64,000 nucleotides of DNA. Source: Phoronis australis (taxonomy: Eukaryota; Animalia; Phoronida). The stretch is from contig NMRA01000416.1 of NCBI GenBank assembly GCA_002633005.1, positions 101,597 to 165,596 of the forward strand, read 5' to 3'. Each line of letters begins with the position of its first letter. The stretch's first letter is position 1. This document shows positions 49,443-61,430 of this stretch, one piece after another. The position numbers and the translations under genes are program-made. Below the pieces are notes generated by a model that saw nothing but the letters and a program-made list of their open reading frames with translations, had not been told where the DNA came from and did no database searches.

Positions 49443-49924
49443 AATGACCGGTCAATCAGATTTGGTCATTATCCGTCACGACGATGAAACCGCATTTCTT
49501 CTTATTACAGTAATTACAGTGAAGGATTGTGCAGCTTCACTGGCATTTTCGGCCAACAAGGAAGGATATGTTATTTACAAAAAAAACTGGCCAATTCAAA
49601 CTTCTCTAACAAATTCATAGAAAAAAGTGGAATTGTTAAGGTAATTTTCAAGCAAAAACAACCAGCTTCTAGGTTACAAACACAGTGCAGTACATCGAAT
49701 TATTGAAATACTAAGCTTTACACCCCAGCACACCTCTGGTAAATGTGGCCGAAATTTGCATCATTTTCTATCTTAGCATCATTCGTTACAAAGTAGAGGG
49801 GGATTTTGCTGTCCGCAACACATGCTTGCCAAATATTTGATATATAGTTAAAATTACACTAAACCCCATTTTGGTGATTTTAGTCCCAATAGTTGCGAGG
49901 ATTAGTAACCTTCTAACAAAATAA

Positions 49925-50127
49925 AAGCACTATTTACATGTAATTGACATATGTCCTGAATGATATATAAATGATACGTGCGTGACAAGCTCATTAACAG
50001 AGATGAAAAGGAGACCGCGGTAGACGACACAAGGCGATTTATTATGACTAATACAATTACAAGTAATTATATAATCTCTGGTAAGATGGGTCATAAAAAG
50101 CGACACATTAGAGATGTTGTAAGACAG
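49925..50127 (-). mobile_element. Interspersed repeat, copy of 22003-22235
   Basis: Reverse-complement similarity to 22003-22235. Confidence 0.7.
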
Positions 50128-50569
50128 CAAGCACTATTAGAACACCGACTGGCATTGTGCAATCGAAGTTGTTACAGTTGGGAGGGTTCAGGATGATACA
50201 TACAATTTACATACTGTAAATCTGTTGATTAAATTTAATATCCAAACTGCATGTTGGTAATGTTAACTTTGCCTTCTCGACATAAGTTGCTTTAATTTGT
50301 CAGCATGCAATATTGCTCCTGATCTTTGGGAGTCTCGTTTGACAAGGATTACAGAAATTATTTTGTTACAAATGTGCAAGTGACCCAAGTCGTTATGATT
50401 CAGTATCTTTTTAAATGCGCGAAATGGTGTCCGAAGTCAGAGGTCACATTGCCAAAAAATCTTTTGTATAGCTACAAAACAATAAAATCTTGTGTGAAAA
50501 AGGCGAAACGCCGCTTATGGGATGTATGACATAACAGTTGGCTGTAAACAGTAAATTGCACAGATATCG

Positions 50570-50730
50570 GGTCCTCCGTAGCTCGGTGACAAGAGCACTA
50601 GGCTGGCAATTAACCTAGAGACTTGTGGTTTCGATTCCCAGTTGGGGCTCCTGATTTTTCTGTGTTTATTTCATACATGTCACTACTGACCAACCTCAGC
50701 GTCTACATGTTTACTATATCTAATTAACAC
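50570..50730 (+). mobile_element. tRNA-derived SINE or tRNA pseudogene
   Basis: A-box-like tagctcggtgacaagagc, B-box-like gtttcgattccc, stem ctagg/cctag with an 11-nt loop, followed by a non-tRNA body. Confidence 0.6.
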
Positions 50731-51009
50731 ATACAGGTAAATTGGTGATTGTATATTTATATAATTGTCCAAATCTCCCATCAAAAAGGTGAAACGCCAC
50801 TCATGGAATCTATGACAATGATGCCCTCCTTCAATGACGATGCAGGGGAGACGACCTTAAAGACCACGTCATTCCTACTGAAACATACTGTCAAAAATCA
50901 CGACAAGGTAGTACGTTACTAGCATCATCCACAACATTGCTTTCACTTCCAACAATGAAGATGATGACGTAGATGAAATTGGTGTTTCTTTACCAAAATT
51001 GTTGGGTAG

Positions 51010-51420
51010 ATACATAGACAGATAGATAGTTTATTTGTTTAGCCATTCAAATAGTCGAGCATCTACACAAGTCATTCCAACTTTCATAGCGCAACTAAAA
51101 GTGACATGAGTGGGACTTGTAGTAGCCAAACTTAAAAGAAAAAATAAAATTTTATTAAGACTACATATATAGAAGTCATTGATTACTTTCAAATATCAAA
51201 ACGAGGCCATGAGACTTTTAAAAGGCTCAGGAGCAGATAACCGGGCTTGAAAAAAGCTGTAGTACAGTTTGTTATGTTTGCTCTAGGCCAGGTTCTATAA
51301 GTTGGATTGTCACTGTGACAGCATTTTAAACGCTGAACATAGTCTCAGAAATGGATAACTCTCATTTTTTTACCAAACCCAGCTTAAACCATGCACTACA
51401 AATCTGAGCATAGAGTTAAT
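51010..51420 (-). mobile_element. Possible decayed LINE 3' end
   Basis: On - strand ends in aaataaactatctatctgtctatgtatcta (ATCT-type tail); upstream frames are broken, so the family is not identifiable. Confidence 0.3.
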
Positions 51421-54400
51421 AAGTCGAGATCAATAAGTCTATAAAATCATTTTTTCTTTAAGCTGGTTATAGACACAAAGTGACTAATTTAATTATAGAC
51501 GTAAAGTGATCTAAATCAAAAGTGTTGTTTCTTTTAGCAGGTTATAAGCCATCAAGTAAAAAGTCTGAAATGTAAACGTGTACGGCGAAGTACCGGAGTA
51601 CCGTACACACCAAAGTATAATCAGCATAGTACCATGTGTGCAATACGTAACACGTGGAGCAGCGCACATCGTGCGCCGTCCACCGTTTTCATCACAAATA
51701 ACGAATGTAACATAGGATGCTCATTTTATCAAACTTTTCTACATATCGAAGTAAGCAACAATAGCGAACTTAACATTCGTTCTGAGGGAAGGATCAATGC
51801 CATTCCTCTGAAAGTTGGGACATGCAATTGCAGTACAGTAGATACCAAGATCACAGTAAAGGCAATTAAAATTACCACTAGGAGGCACTGAATGAGTCCA
51901 TTCAATTATCATGTCTGCAATAATCATCTTAAACAGAGATATCAATCTTCCTCACAGTACGGTGCACGCGGCCGCGCTACTTAAAAGCAATCTATTCTCA
52001 TCAACAATTCATTTCTTTTCTTTTTAACCACTTAGAAAGGATTCTTGCCCAAAAACAGTTCTTTTCTCATGTACCGCAACGTGACAGTATTCATAGTACA
52101 CGCAGTTAAAATTGCACTCTTGTGCATTTACCTCACACATTTCTCTCAATCATATCTCCCTATACATATTATTTGTGACAGATTTACATATGCAAAATGT
52201 ATTTGTTCGCCAGACCTCTAATTTTAACATAAGTTGAGATCTCTCTTGGAGCACACGTTTCGCTCTCATGGTTACACCATTTGTTCTATGCTGCCTCCTC
52301 TACCAATAAAAACCTTAGTGAAATGTCCCATATGTATGAGAAACTCAAATGCAATCCCTCATCTCGCTTGAGTATAAGTCTTCTGTCAATTAGCACACAC
52401 TGCGACTGACAAGTTAAATTCCATTCTCTGACTGTTGAATTTTTCCACCAAGACAAAAGAAAAATTTTCGGTATATTACTATACCATGGTTTGTACTGTG
52501 TAGATTTCTTGGATAAACACTCAATAGTAAAGTTTCCATTGATTTGTAACAAAATCAACAGACTTTTGAAGAAAGAAAAACCGGCATTTTTGTGCAAAAG
52601 GAGAATTACTTAAAGTGTTTAAAATAATTTGCTGTAAATATTTTCAAGAATCCTTGTACAAACTTGCATCTTTCTAGATCCGTTGATCTCAGTTTTGTTC
52701 TCTAATTGAATGAGTCAACCCCGAAATCATAGGAAGTTCTAGAAATGAAAATTGCCCAGAAGAACGTTCCATACGAAAAGAACCAAGTGAGAAAGAACGG
52801 AGTTTTGATAGATGAGGAAAGACTTATAGCTGGGTTTATGAGAAAAGGAAGCTGTTAATGAGAACCCCCATAAGGGCCCTGAGAGAGAAAATTGGCAACG
52901 GTATATAGCGACTAGTGGGAATTCAAATGCCACGATGTTTGACTCTTCAATGCATTGGCAGGTATAAGGACCCAACAAATAGTGTTTATTGGGTCCTAGT
53001 TTCAAAAGCAGTTTTAATCCAGGTCACCTCACAACACGTCACTGTACTCTCTCTATAAGCCACAAATTTACATACACTGTAATTCTCAAACTATGCTTAT
53101 ATTTTAAAAATGCTGTTTTTATAATTTACCTTCAAAACAATCACATTTGTTTACAAAAACAGTTTTTAAGGATTTGCAATAACTAGTGGGAATATCATCT
53201 CTGCACTTTGACTCATCCAACACCCCAGGTTAACCCAGACGCAAAGCCCGTTTTTGGTGTATGGTTACGATCCCAGACCACTGTTTCACCTCCTCAGTCT
53301 CTTTGAGAAAGCCGGTCACTGCAAACTTGTACATGGTGAAACCCAAGCATAAAATTAGATTTTAATGGTAGGTTAATTGCCTGTACCTGAACTGCAAGGT
53401 CAAGCCATGTAGCCAGCCGGTGTTAACTTGAGGTGCAGGTGCCCGTTTCATGAAAGGCAATATATTAGTGTGACCTTAGCTAAAATGGCCTCAACTTAGC
53501 TGCCACCTGTTCAAAACCCAAACGGCCCTAGGTCCACCCAGGCTCCAACAGTTGCTATTACGGGAAAGATATAGAGAGGCATCTGGTCATAGAGAGGCAA
53601 ATTTCGACTTAAACGTGTTAAAAGTCAAGCTTTAGTTATAAGATAATGTATAATTCAGCTTACAAGGAATCACTTCAAAATCCCATAAGATAACTGTTCT
53701 ATATATGGTAATTGCTCAAACCGAGCTCCTTTCCTCCAATCAACATTTAAGCATTATATGATATCCTCCATAGCAGCTGATCAATCTATAATGTCCTCAT
53801 AAAAAATTGATTCAACCATCATCTAAAGATTCTAACTATCGCCAAGAAAAAATCTGTACACTGGATAAATACAATATAAGTCTCCTAAAAGGGACATGCA
53901 TGCCTGTTTCTAAACTCTAAAGTAAAAAAAAATGTATTAACAAACTGTATTCCTCGACTCAGAAAGCCTCTCATCCATAAGCTGCAACTCCGTCACCTGG
54001 TTCACTGCAGCCGTACCCCAGATAAAAAAACACTGCAGGTGGGCTGATGTCATTTGCAGAGCATCAGACGTGCACAGGCCTCATGATTTGGCCCATTGCA
54101 CAAAACACCTGAGCTAAGGTACGAGAGCCCTGTTTATGGTTCTTTGTGAATGACGGTATCAAGTCTGCCAGTCTCCTTTAAGAAGGTTTAACAATCAGCA
54201 GTCCATATTCCAACATTTTGTTAAGTGTTTAGTCTGTCATCGTTAGTGCCATACTCATTCAACTAGCCAAGTGTTATCACTGCCTTTGAAGCACTCCACA
54301 GCTAGATTCTTCCCATCGAAACCTAGTTGTAATTAATTCTTAGTGATAGGAATTTCCCATGGAAGAATTCTCGCAGTAATACAACACCATCCATCCCTCA

Positions 54401-54468
54401 GTTCAGCAAATACCTCCAATACCATTGGAGGACGGCTAGATCGTCCACAACACACGGCTCTAATGAGA

Positions 54469-54668
54469 TTATACCGCTAATTGTACTCGTCTTGGAATAT
54501 TAGCCACGACACAGCCACAGATGGTCCTGGTAGTAGGTAGTTCATGTGCCTCAGTCCAACAAAGCTCTCCCGTCCCGTCAGAGCTCAGTAGGAACGTTCT
54601 TGCTGACAGACTTCTCTTCTCATCTCTTTCACTCATTACAAATATTTTGTTGTTGTACTTCACTGTAC
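54469..54668 (-). CDS. Kelch-repeat (KLHL-like) protein, last exon
   Basis: gtattcag|GT ACA GTG AAG TAC...GTA TAA; (G)TVKYNNKIFVMSERDEKRSLSARTFLLSSDGTGELCWTEAHELPTTRTICGCVVANIPRRVQLAV*. Confidence 0.75.
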
Positions 54669-55135
54669 CTGAATACCCAGGAAATTTCAAAAGTTAAAAA
54701 CTTCATACAACAATCGATCAAATCAATCATCAGCCATAACAGAAACATGACTGTAAATTAAAAACTTCATCCATCCCAACGTTGTGGAGATACAGCAGTG
54801 GACGGCAAGCGCTGGAAGGATGGAAGAATGAATGGAGATGACGACATAATGCGTTCACATTAGACCCATAAAATTGGCAGAAAAGGGTACAGCAGTATTC
54901 AGATCCATTCAAAATTTGTCGTCATTTGTTGCAATGTTCGTAAGATTACACTTGCCAAATTAAACAAAATTCCAGAAAGGGTTTAGGAGATACAGCTGCA
55001 TATGGTCACAAAACAGGTGACAGCATTAATATGTGCCTACGTATGTGAGGACCCGTTTTGAGACATTACGTTATGTGTGTGCAGATGTAAAACTAGTATG
55101 TATGTAATGAAATCACTTAAAATCCATGTAATTAC

Positions 55136-55252
55136 CTGCTAGGTTCAAGGCGGCGGGTAAATTTGGTCCCTCACTCCAGGTGTCACTAGCAGGATCATAT
55201 ATTTCTACTTCGTTGGTGTATTCTCTTGTATCAGACACAGTCTTCAACCCTC
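55136..55252 (-). CDS. Kelch-repeat (KLHL-like) protein, penultimate exon
   Basis: atgtag|GA GGG...GCA G|gtaatt; 117 nt, phase 1-1; (G)GLKTVSDTREYTNEVEIYDPASDTWSEGPNLPAALNLA: GG...VEIYDP..DTW....LP kelch blade. No further upstream exon identified in the window. Confidence 0.85.
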
Positions 55253-55878
55253 CTACATAAACAGTTAAACAACATTAAATATCAGATCAGCCAAGAAGGT
55301 GATATCCTAGAGAATTAAGATTCATGCATTCATGTAGACCAGCATTGATGGTTCAGGATTCGATCACCCAACCTCATGAAATTAGTAGTGTTTAGGCTGA
55401 GGGAAGAGTCCACAAGCCATGTAGGACTAATACATACACATCCATGGTACCTGAGCCATGTTTACACTCTGGTACCTATGCATGGACCCAGCATGTGAGT
55501 GGGAGAGTATGAAGCTCATGGAAGTGGACCACCCTCGTCACATGAAAAATACCCATACTTCACGCGCTGTTAGGATGTGTTTTTATGATGCATTGCTCAA
55601 AATGATCCATCACTGGAAATAAACAAAAATGAAAAATTTTATGGATGTTGCTAGAGGCAGTGTTCCAGGTGCTATGTTAACTCTCATTTCAATGTTGCAT
55701 TCACATACATGGATTTTTCTTACGAGTCGTTACAGATCACAAAATCATCAGCAGTTGCAAGCATCACCTGCACTTCAGTCACAAAACCCAACAACTCGCA
55801 CGGTACCTTAACGACCATCAACAGATTGACTTGTTCGTACATAGTATAGCACGCTAAGGACCACAAAAGTTCTTCATA

Positions 55879-56561
55879 TAGGGACACCAACCTTGGTTAA
55901 CTCCAAACTGTTGTTTCAGAGCTGTATCATGTGTTTCATCTTTTTAAAAACACCAAAAGGGAAAAATGTCATTATTTTAATATATTGTGTCACAAGAATA
56001 TTCCCATTGAAAAGGTTAGAGCTTGCGCTGGTATCACGCTTTTCTATGTGCATTTTAATATGGAGCAGCAGTGACACCTGTTGCCAAAATATAAACCGCA
56101 GATCTGAGCATTTTTCTTGTGTTGGCAACTACAGCTCTGATGACTCGTTTTACAGAATATAAAGCTAGTTAAGATATGATAACCTATATAATTATCAACA
56201 ATTTGACTGAGATTACCAAAAACAGTGCACTCATCGTTCAACCAATATCTGTTAGACCTGTAATATCTGTTCGGTAAGCTATTTGGCTGTTTTCATTAAT
56301 TTAGACATAACAGTCTTGATCCATGCAGTTTTTTAGCAAAAAATCTCACTAAGGCAAGGGAGATGTTTTTGTAAACTTAGATGTCAAAGCCTTGTTATAA
56401 GCATTTTTTTGTAAAAACCTCATTGTGTGTGGGGTGTTTACTGGTGAATGGTGGTAGGGGGTATGGGCAATGCGTCGTTGGAATCATGGATGCCCTCGAA
56501 CATCGGGAACTCCATTTTCATTTTTGGACACCCCGTTTTCGAAATTCTGAATAAAGCCCTG
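55879..56561 (-). mobile_element. hAT-like non-autonomous element, copy of 29781-30447
   Basis: Reverse-complement similarity; both give the WQQVSLLLHIK pseudo-ORF. Confidence 0.75.
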
Positions 56562-58959
56562 ATGGTCGATTAACAAGTCGACCAAAACTTTTGCATTTCT
56601 TTGTGCAAAATAAAGCACAGTAATGGTAAAATGAAGCACCCAATAATAGACCATACGCAAACCAAGAAAATGATCAAAATCCATTTTTGCTGAGATCGAT
56701 TACACCTACTGGTGAAACTGCTGCCAAACACAAACTTGTCATCTCTGGTGCAGAGTTCATTGAAATGTAATTATACATTCAAAGTACTGCCAGCGACTTA
56801 ATATAAATTTTTAAATATTTTTCTATCATTTGTTTTTTAAGGATGTTACTCAGGGAGCTACGTATACAACTGATGCAATCCACACACAAGGAGTATCTTT
56901 AGATAATTAATACGAAAAATGCTGGAAGATAATATCTTTGTCGCATTGTTTTTGACGAACTCAGCACCAGAGAGGCACACTACCAAGTTACACAAAAGTT
57001 GTGATCACGTTGGAAGTGGTTCTTTGTTAGATAATAGCGGTCTTCTTCAAGGCTATAACCTTGTCAATTTTGTCACGTGCTTCAATGGGAACACTTAAAT
57101 CATCAATGCATAGTTGCGCAAAACTGCTGGTTTTAACTGCACTGTTTCAGATGAGTGAGAGTTTTTTTTAGAAGTCAGATGACATTGGAGACAACTGCAC
57201 TAAGTGGTACAACGTTTTTGCTTAGAACTAATTTGAAACAACCTCAACATCATGAGACTTGACTTTCGTTTTCTTAAAAACAAACTGATAGGTTTACAGC
57301 TTTTTGATGCTCTTTTATGTTCACATTTAACGTAACTTTATATGCACCTCAGGTAACTTAATTTAAGAGTGGCTTCAAATTAAAGCTTAAGTGCTTACAG
57401 CTTTCCTCATAGCAACAAATGAAAACACATGGGGATTGTGCGATACAATCTATTATTTCATAGTGATTAAATAGGAATTCAAAGGGCAATTCCCTTTGTT
57501 ATAATTTGACTGAATCACCTAATTCTTAATCGTCATCACTGTTTACATCAGGCGACTTAATTTATGACATGGCAGAGGATATCATGATTTTCATCTACAT
57601 AATTATCCATACCATCATCCGCTTGAGCATGCATCGCCACCATTGTCCGTTTCGACTTTAACCTCTGAAATGAACAGAGGGGGCATATCTGTTCTCCATT
57701 GAACCAAATGAGGTGAAATTCGCAGTCGTCATTTTCTCATCAATTGATGGGTTTTCAGTCTAGGATTAGGTATTGAGCTACATGACGAGGCTTTCAAGGA
57801 ATGCACTTCTAGAATAGGAAATTGCCGTCAAAGATATGAGCATCTGCAAGCTACCATAGTCACAAGACCGTCGAAACGTGATAGCTCAAACTACATGTGC
57901 TGCAGTCCCCAGCTTATATACGCACTCACAGGGTGTAACTTTATAAGGACCCCGCCTTGTAAGGAAAGGGAAGCCCAGCCCGAAGCCTGGGGTGGTTCGA
58001 GGTTTGATCGTGCCCCTCCAGCGGAAAAAGTCCAGCCCCAGCCTATCCGTTAAAGATAGGATACAGATGGACAACAAAATTGTTGCAGCTGCTGGTACAA
58101 CTAACTACAGTGATAACTTAATAGTTTCGAATTAGCTTCTAATTCAAAGCGCTTCATGTAATCATGAGGCCATTACCTAGTGGTGTTTGCGTAGATGAAA
58201 AGATTGTGCAGACGATTAGAGGAGGCTTTATGTTATTCCTCGGCATTGAACCCGCGTGGTACTGGCTACACCATATGGTAAGCTATATAACAGCGAGAGA
58301 GCTCCCAAAAAGTAGTGCGGTGTGAAATGCCTTAAAATTGACCAAGAAACAAAACAGCAGAATTAAAATAGATTAATCGTTATCTGATATTGCTTTCTAG
58401 GATAGTATGGTAAAGTGTAGGCTTTTTCAAATCAGGAACTGAAAGTGTATTTTTTCATCCAGGGTCCACTTCGATTGTGGATTAATTGGTGGATTGACAC
58501 CCATGCATGTGTGTACGCGTGTGTACATTTCCATTCCTTTTGAAGCCGACGATAACTTCAAATAGGCAGTCCTCCGCTGCTGCTCAAAAACCAGGCATTT
58601 AATTATAACCGTGTTTTCTTACACTGAGAAAACTCCGACGAGCATGTTCGCATTTTCGGGGAAAAGGAGGTCTAGACCTAATAAAAACTTTGGTCGATGA
58701 AGAAATCTTTAATAAATAGTGTTCACAGTCTCACAGACTTCATATGAGCAACTAACTTGATGGAAAAGATTTCCAAGGTTACAATTGTCACTATTCTGGA
58801 GTTTGCTTACTCCGAATGTCCACTAAACTACGAAGGTTCTCTACCTTTGAAAGTTCACTACACTTCAAATGTCCATAATTCCGAAACCAGAACTCCGACA
58901 GTAAATATGAGCACAGCCCCAGAAGTTGCTTTCGCAGATGGTTCTCATTAAATACACTA

Positions 58960-59085
58960 GAAAGACCGAGATCAGAGGAGTAGGAGACACCTCTGTGCAA
59001 TGCTCGATTGTCAGCCTGTGAAGCCAGGATTCGAACTCAGCTGGTCTCCCAAACAGGAGTCTGGATCTCAGCCACTGAGCCACAC
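58960..59085 (-). mobile_element. tRNA-derived SINE head
   Basis: - strand gtggctcagtggctgaga (A box) ... gagttcgaatcctggc (B box), then a non-tRNA body. Confidence 0.6.
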
Positions 59086-60852
59086 GTTTAATTATTCTGA
59101 TCGTCATGCTCATGAGTTGGAACTGACATGAACAAGATATTGTGTCCATTTACTAACCATTTAAAGAGTGTGCAAAAGTTGAACATAGTTCTTAATTAAT
59201 ACATTGTTTACAAATGAGCTCAGTTCAAATCACTGCCAACCGAGATACTTGAAAGTAACTATACGATATTCATTCTCAAGCAGGTACAACATCTGAGGCA
59301 CGGGTCAGTGCTGCGGCGACCAACGGTTTTAAATTTAAATGGACTGGGAAGATGTCGGCCGAAAAACAGATGACACAGCTGTTGTTGTTCATATGGTGGT
59401 ATAGATGACGTAGACGAATGTCACGATCCTCTGCCAAGATAAAAGAAATCTCATGATGAAAAACAATAACGACTATTAAGAATGAGATGATCGCAACCCG
59501 ATTTAAACACTATGAAACAATAGATTATGTCATGTTTCACAATGTACTTTTATTCATTCCCATAAGGAACACACCAAGGACATCAATTTGAATTTGAAGC
59601 CACCTTAGTTTAAGTTATCCTAGATGTATAGGTATCGTATCTGACATCCCACAGTTTCTCTTCTTGCTCAGTCTGACACACAACACATGTACGCAGTATC
59701 TTACTACCCACAATGCATTGGTGGAAAGCTCTTAGCTTCCTGTTTGTTAACCTTTGCCCTGGCTAATGCCAAGATCCTCTTTAGAATCTTCCACGGGATG
59801 GCTCTGTTGTACTATTTCTCCATTACACTGAAGCAAGACAGCTTCAACCACTAAATTCAATCTGGCTATCTCCCAGTCTTCTGCCCAAATTATAATAAAG
59901 CACTAAATTAACAATTGGCAAATAAAAAAACAAATCATATCATTGGCTGTTACAATCTGACCTCAAATATTTTTATCCTCACAGTACTGAACCCACAACA
60001 AAAGAAGTAAACATCATCTAAAAATGCATGTAGATATAAAAAAAAACACGAAAATAAGTTTGACCCCATGGTTTTTATAAGTACATATGCCCAAATTTTG
60101 GGCAACTTCAACTGAACTACCGGTAACTTAGTGTAGATGCATTTCTAGAAAAGAACCCTGTATAAGGTTCTAGGAGCATTTTTTAAGTAAACAAGACTTT
60201 TTCACACAATCAAGGTATGGCGAACTCAACTAATCCTGTTCCCAAGATGAATTTTGCATTTTTGACAATCTAATTAGCATAAACAAAATGGCAGCCAAAT
60301 TGTCAAGTTCAGATGTATTATTGTATTAGAAATCACAATCTGCTATTTAAAATGTTGAAATGTCTCACCTGTACTTCTTGAACAAAACATCACGTATGAA
60401 ACTATAACATTGCTACTCTAATAACTAATTATGCAAATTAGGTGCCGCCATTACCACACAATGCAATTTTCGTCTTAACTTTTTGCTCCTCAGCAAGCTA
60501 ACTTAAAAAATGAGGTGTTTGTACTTATATTTTCATGGTCAACAAACATGCCAAGGACATTTTTGAAGCAACTTACATCATATTTATTGGGTTATAGCTG
60601 TATAACTACAGAAGGTAGAAAATATAGTCGTTAGTCTGCAATGCTCGTTAAGCAAGGTGTCACTATTTTGACAGAATATAAGGACAAGTGTTCACACTAT
60701 CCTGCTTATCTTCCATTCACAACAAACAAATTAGTTATTGTTATTGAAGACCTCATTAGATTCTCAGTTGTATAAATTGTTTTCAGGCCTGATGAACACA
60801 GTTTTAAGCATTCACTTTTTGGTACTTTTTAACATGCTTGAAGCCAGGCAAA

Positions 60853-61131
60853 TTAAACTGTTTTCATACAAGGACTCTGAAAATGAATGTGCTGCTGGCA
60901 TGTGCACAATGATATGCATCGAAATCCAGAGTTCTTGTATTTGCATCGACTACTGTTGCATTGTTTCTGGCATGCATCTCTAGGCAGCTGTCTGGGATAG
61001 AACTCTGTGTCATCAGTATGGGCTGCAAGCACAAGTTTGTGTACATCCCTCTCATTATCAGAGGGTGCTGGGAGCTCGGGTATGGGACAATTAGCATTTC
61101 GCCATACCTTGACATAACAGTGCACTCTCAT
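60853..61131 (-). pseudogene. Decayed Cys-rich transposase C-terminus (Academ-like)
   Basis: RVHCYVKVWRNANCPIPELPAPSD...CQKQCNSSRCKYKNSGFRCISLCTC resembles the W..P.LP.P plus Cys8/CXC tail of Academ-type proteins; family assignment is from recall, not a search. Confidence 0.55.
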
Positions 61132-61159
61132 CAGATGGAAATGGAGGGCATTATGCGTT

Positions 61160-61430
61160 GTTTGCAGGAGTTTGCCGCTACCCGCAACTCAGCCGCACAC
61201 ATTGCCGCAACCTTGCTGCAAACACTGAAGTTTGCAGGAATGTTGCGGCAAACTTGGGGATTGAAAAAGTGTTTGCGGGAAAGTTGCAGGAAACTTTATT
61301 GTTGAAAAGTGTTTGCGGGAAAGTTGCAGGAAACTTTATTGAGGAAAAAGTGTTTGCGGGAAAGTTGCAGGAAACTTTATTGATGAAAAAGTGTTGGCGG
61401 GAAAGTTGCAGGAAACTTCAATGTTAAAAG
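61160..61430. repeat. About 41-bp tandem repeat (4 copies) with adjacent palindromic head
   Basis: gaaaaagtgtttgcgggaaagttgcaggaaactttattg at about 61263, 61304, 61345, 61386; agtttgccgc/gcggcaaact inverted pair just upstream. Confidence 0.88.

Noticed and set aside
54469-55252. Kelch exons as a RAG2-like partner of the CAC element
   Set aside because: They are 25 kb outside the TIRs, have canonical KLHL-type motifs, and stop without a PHD finger.
58176-58282. Open minus-strand AG/GT-bounded segment as an upstream kelch exon
   Set aside because: Phase is compatible, but the translation (LTIWCSQYHAGSMPRNNIKPPL...) has no kelch features.
58960-59085. Functional tRNA gene
   Set aside because: A and B boxes are present but I could not fold a full cloverleaf and it runs into a SINE-like body; the same applies to 50570-50650.
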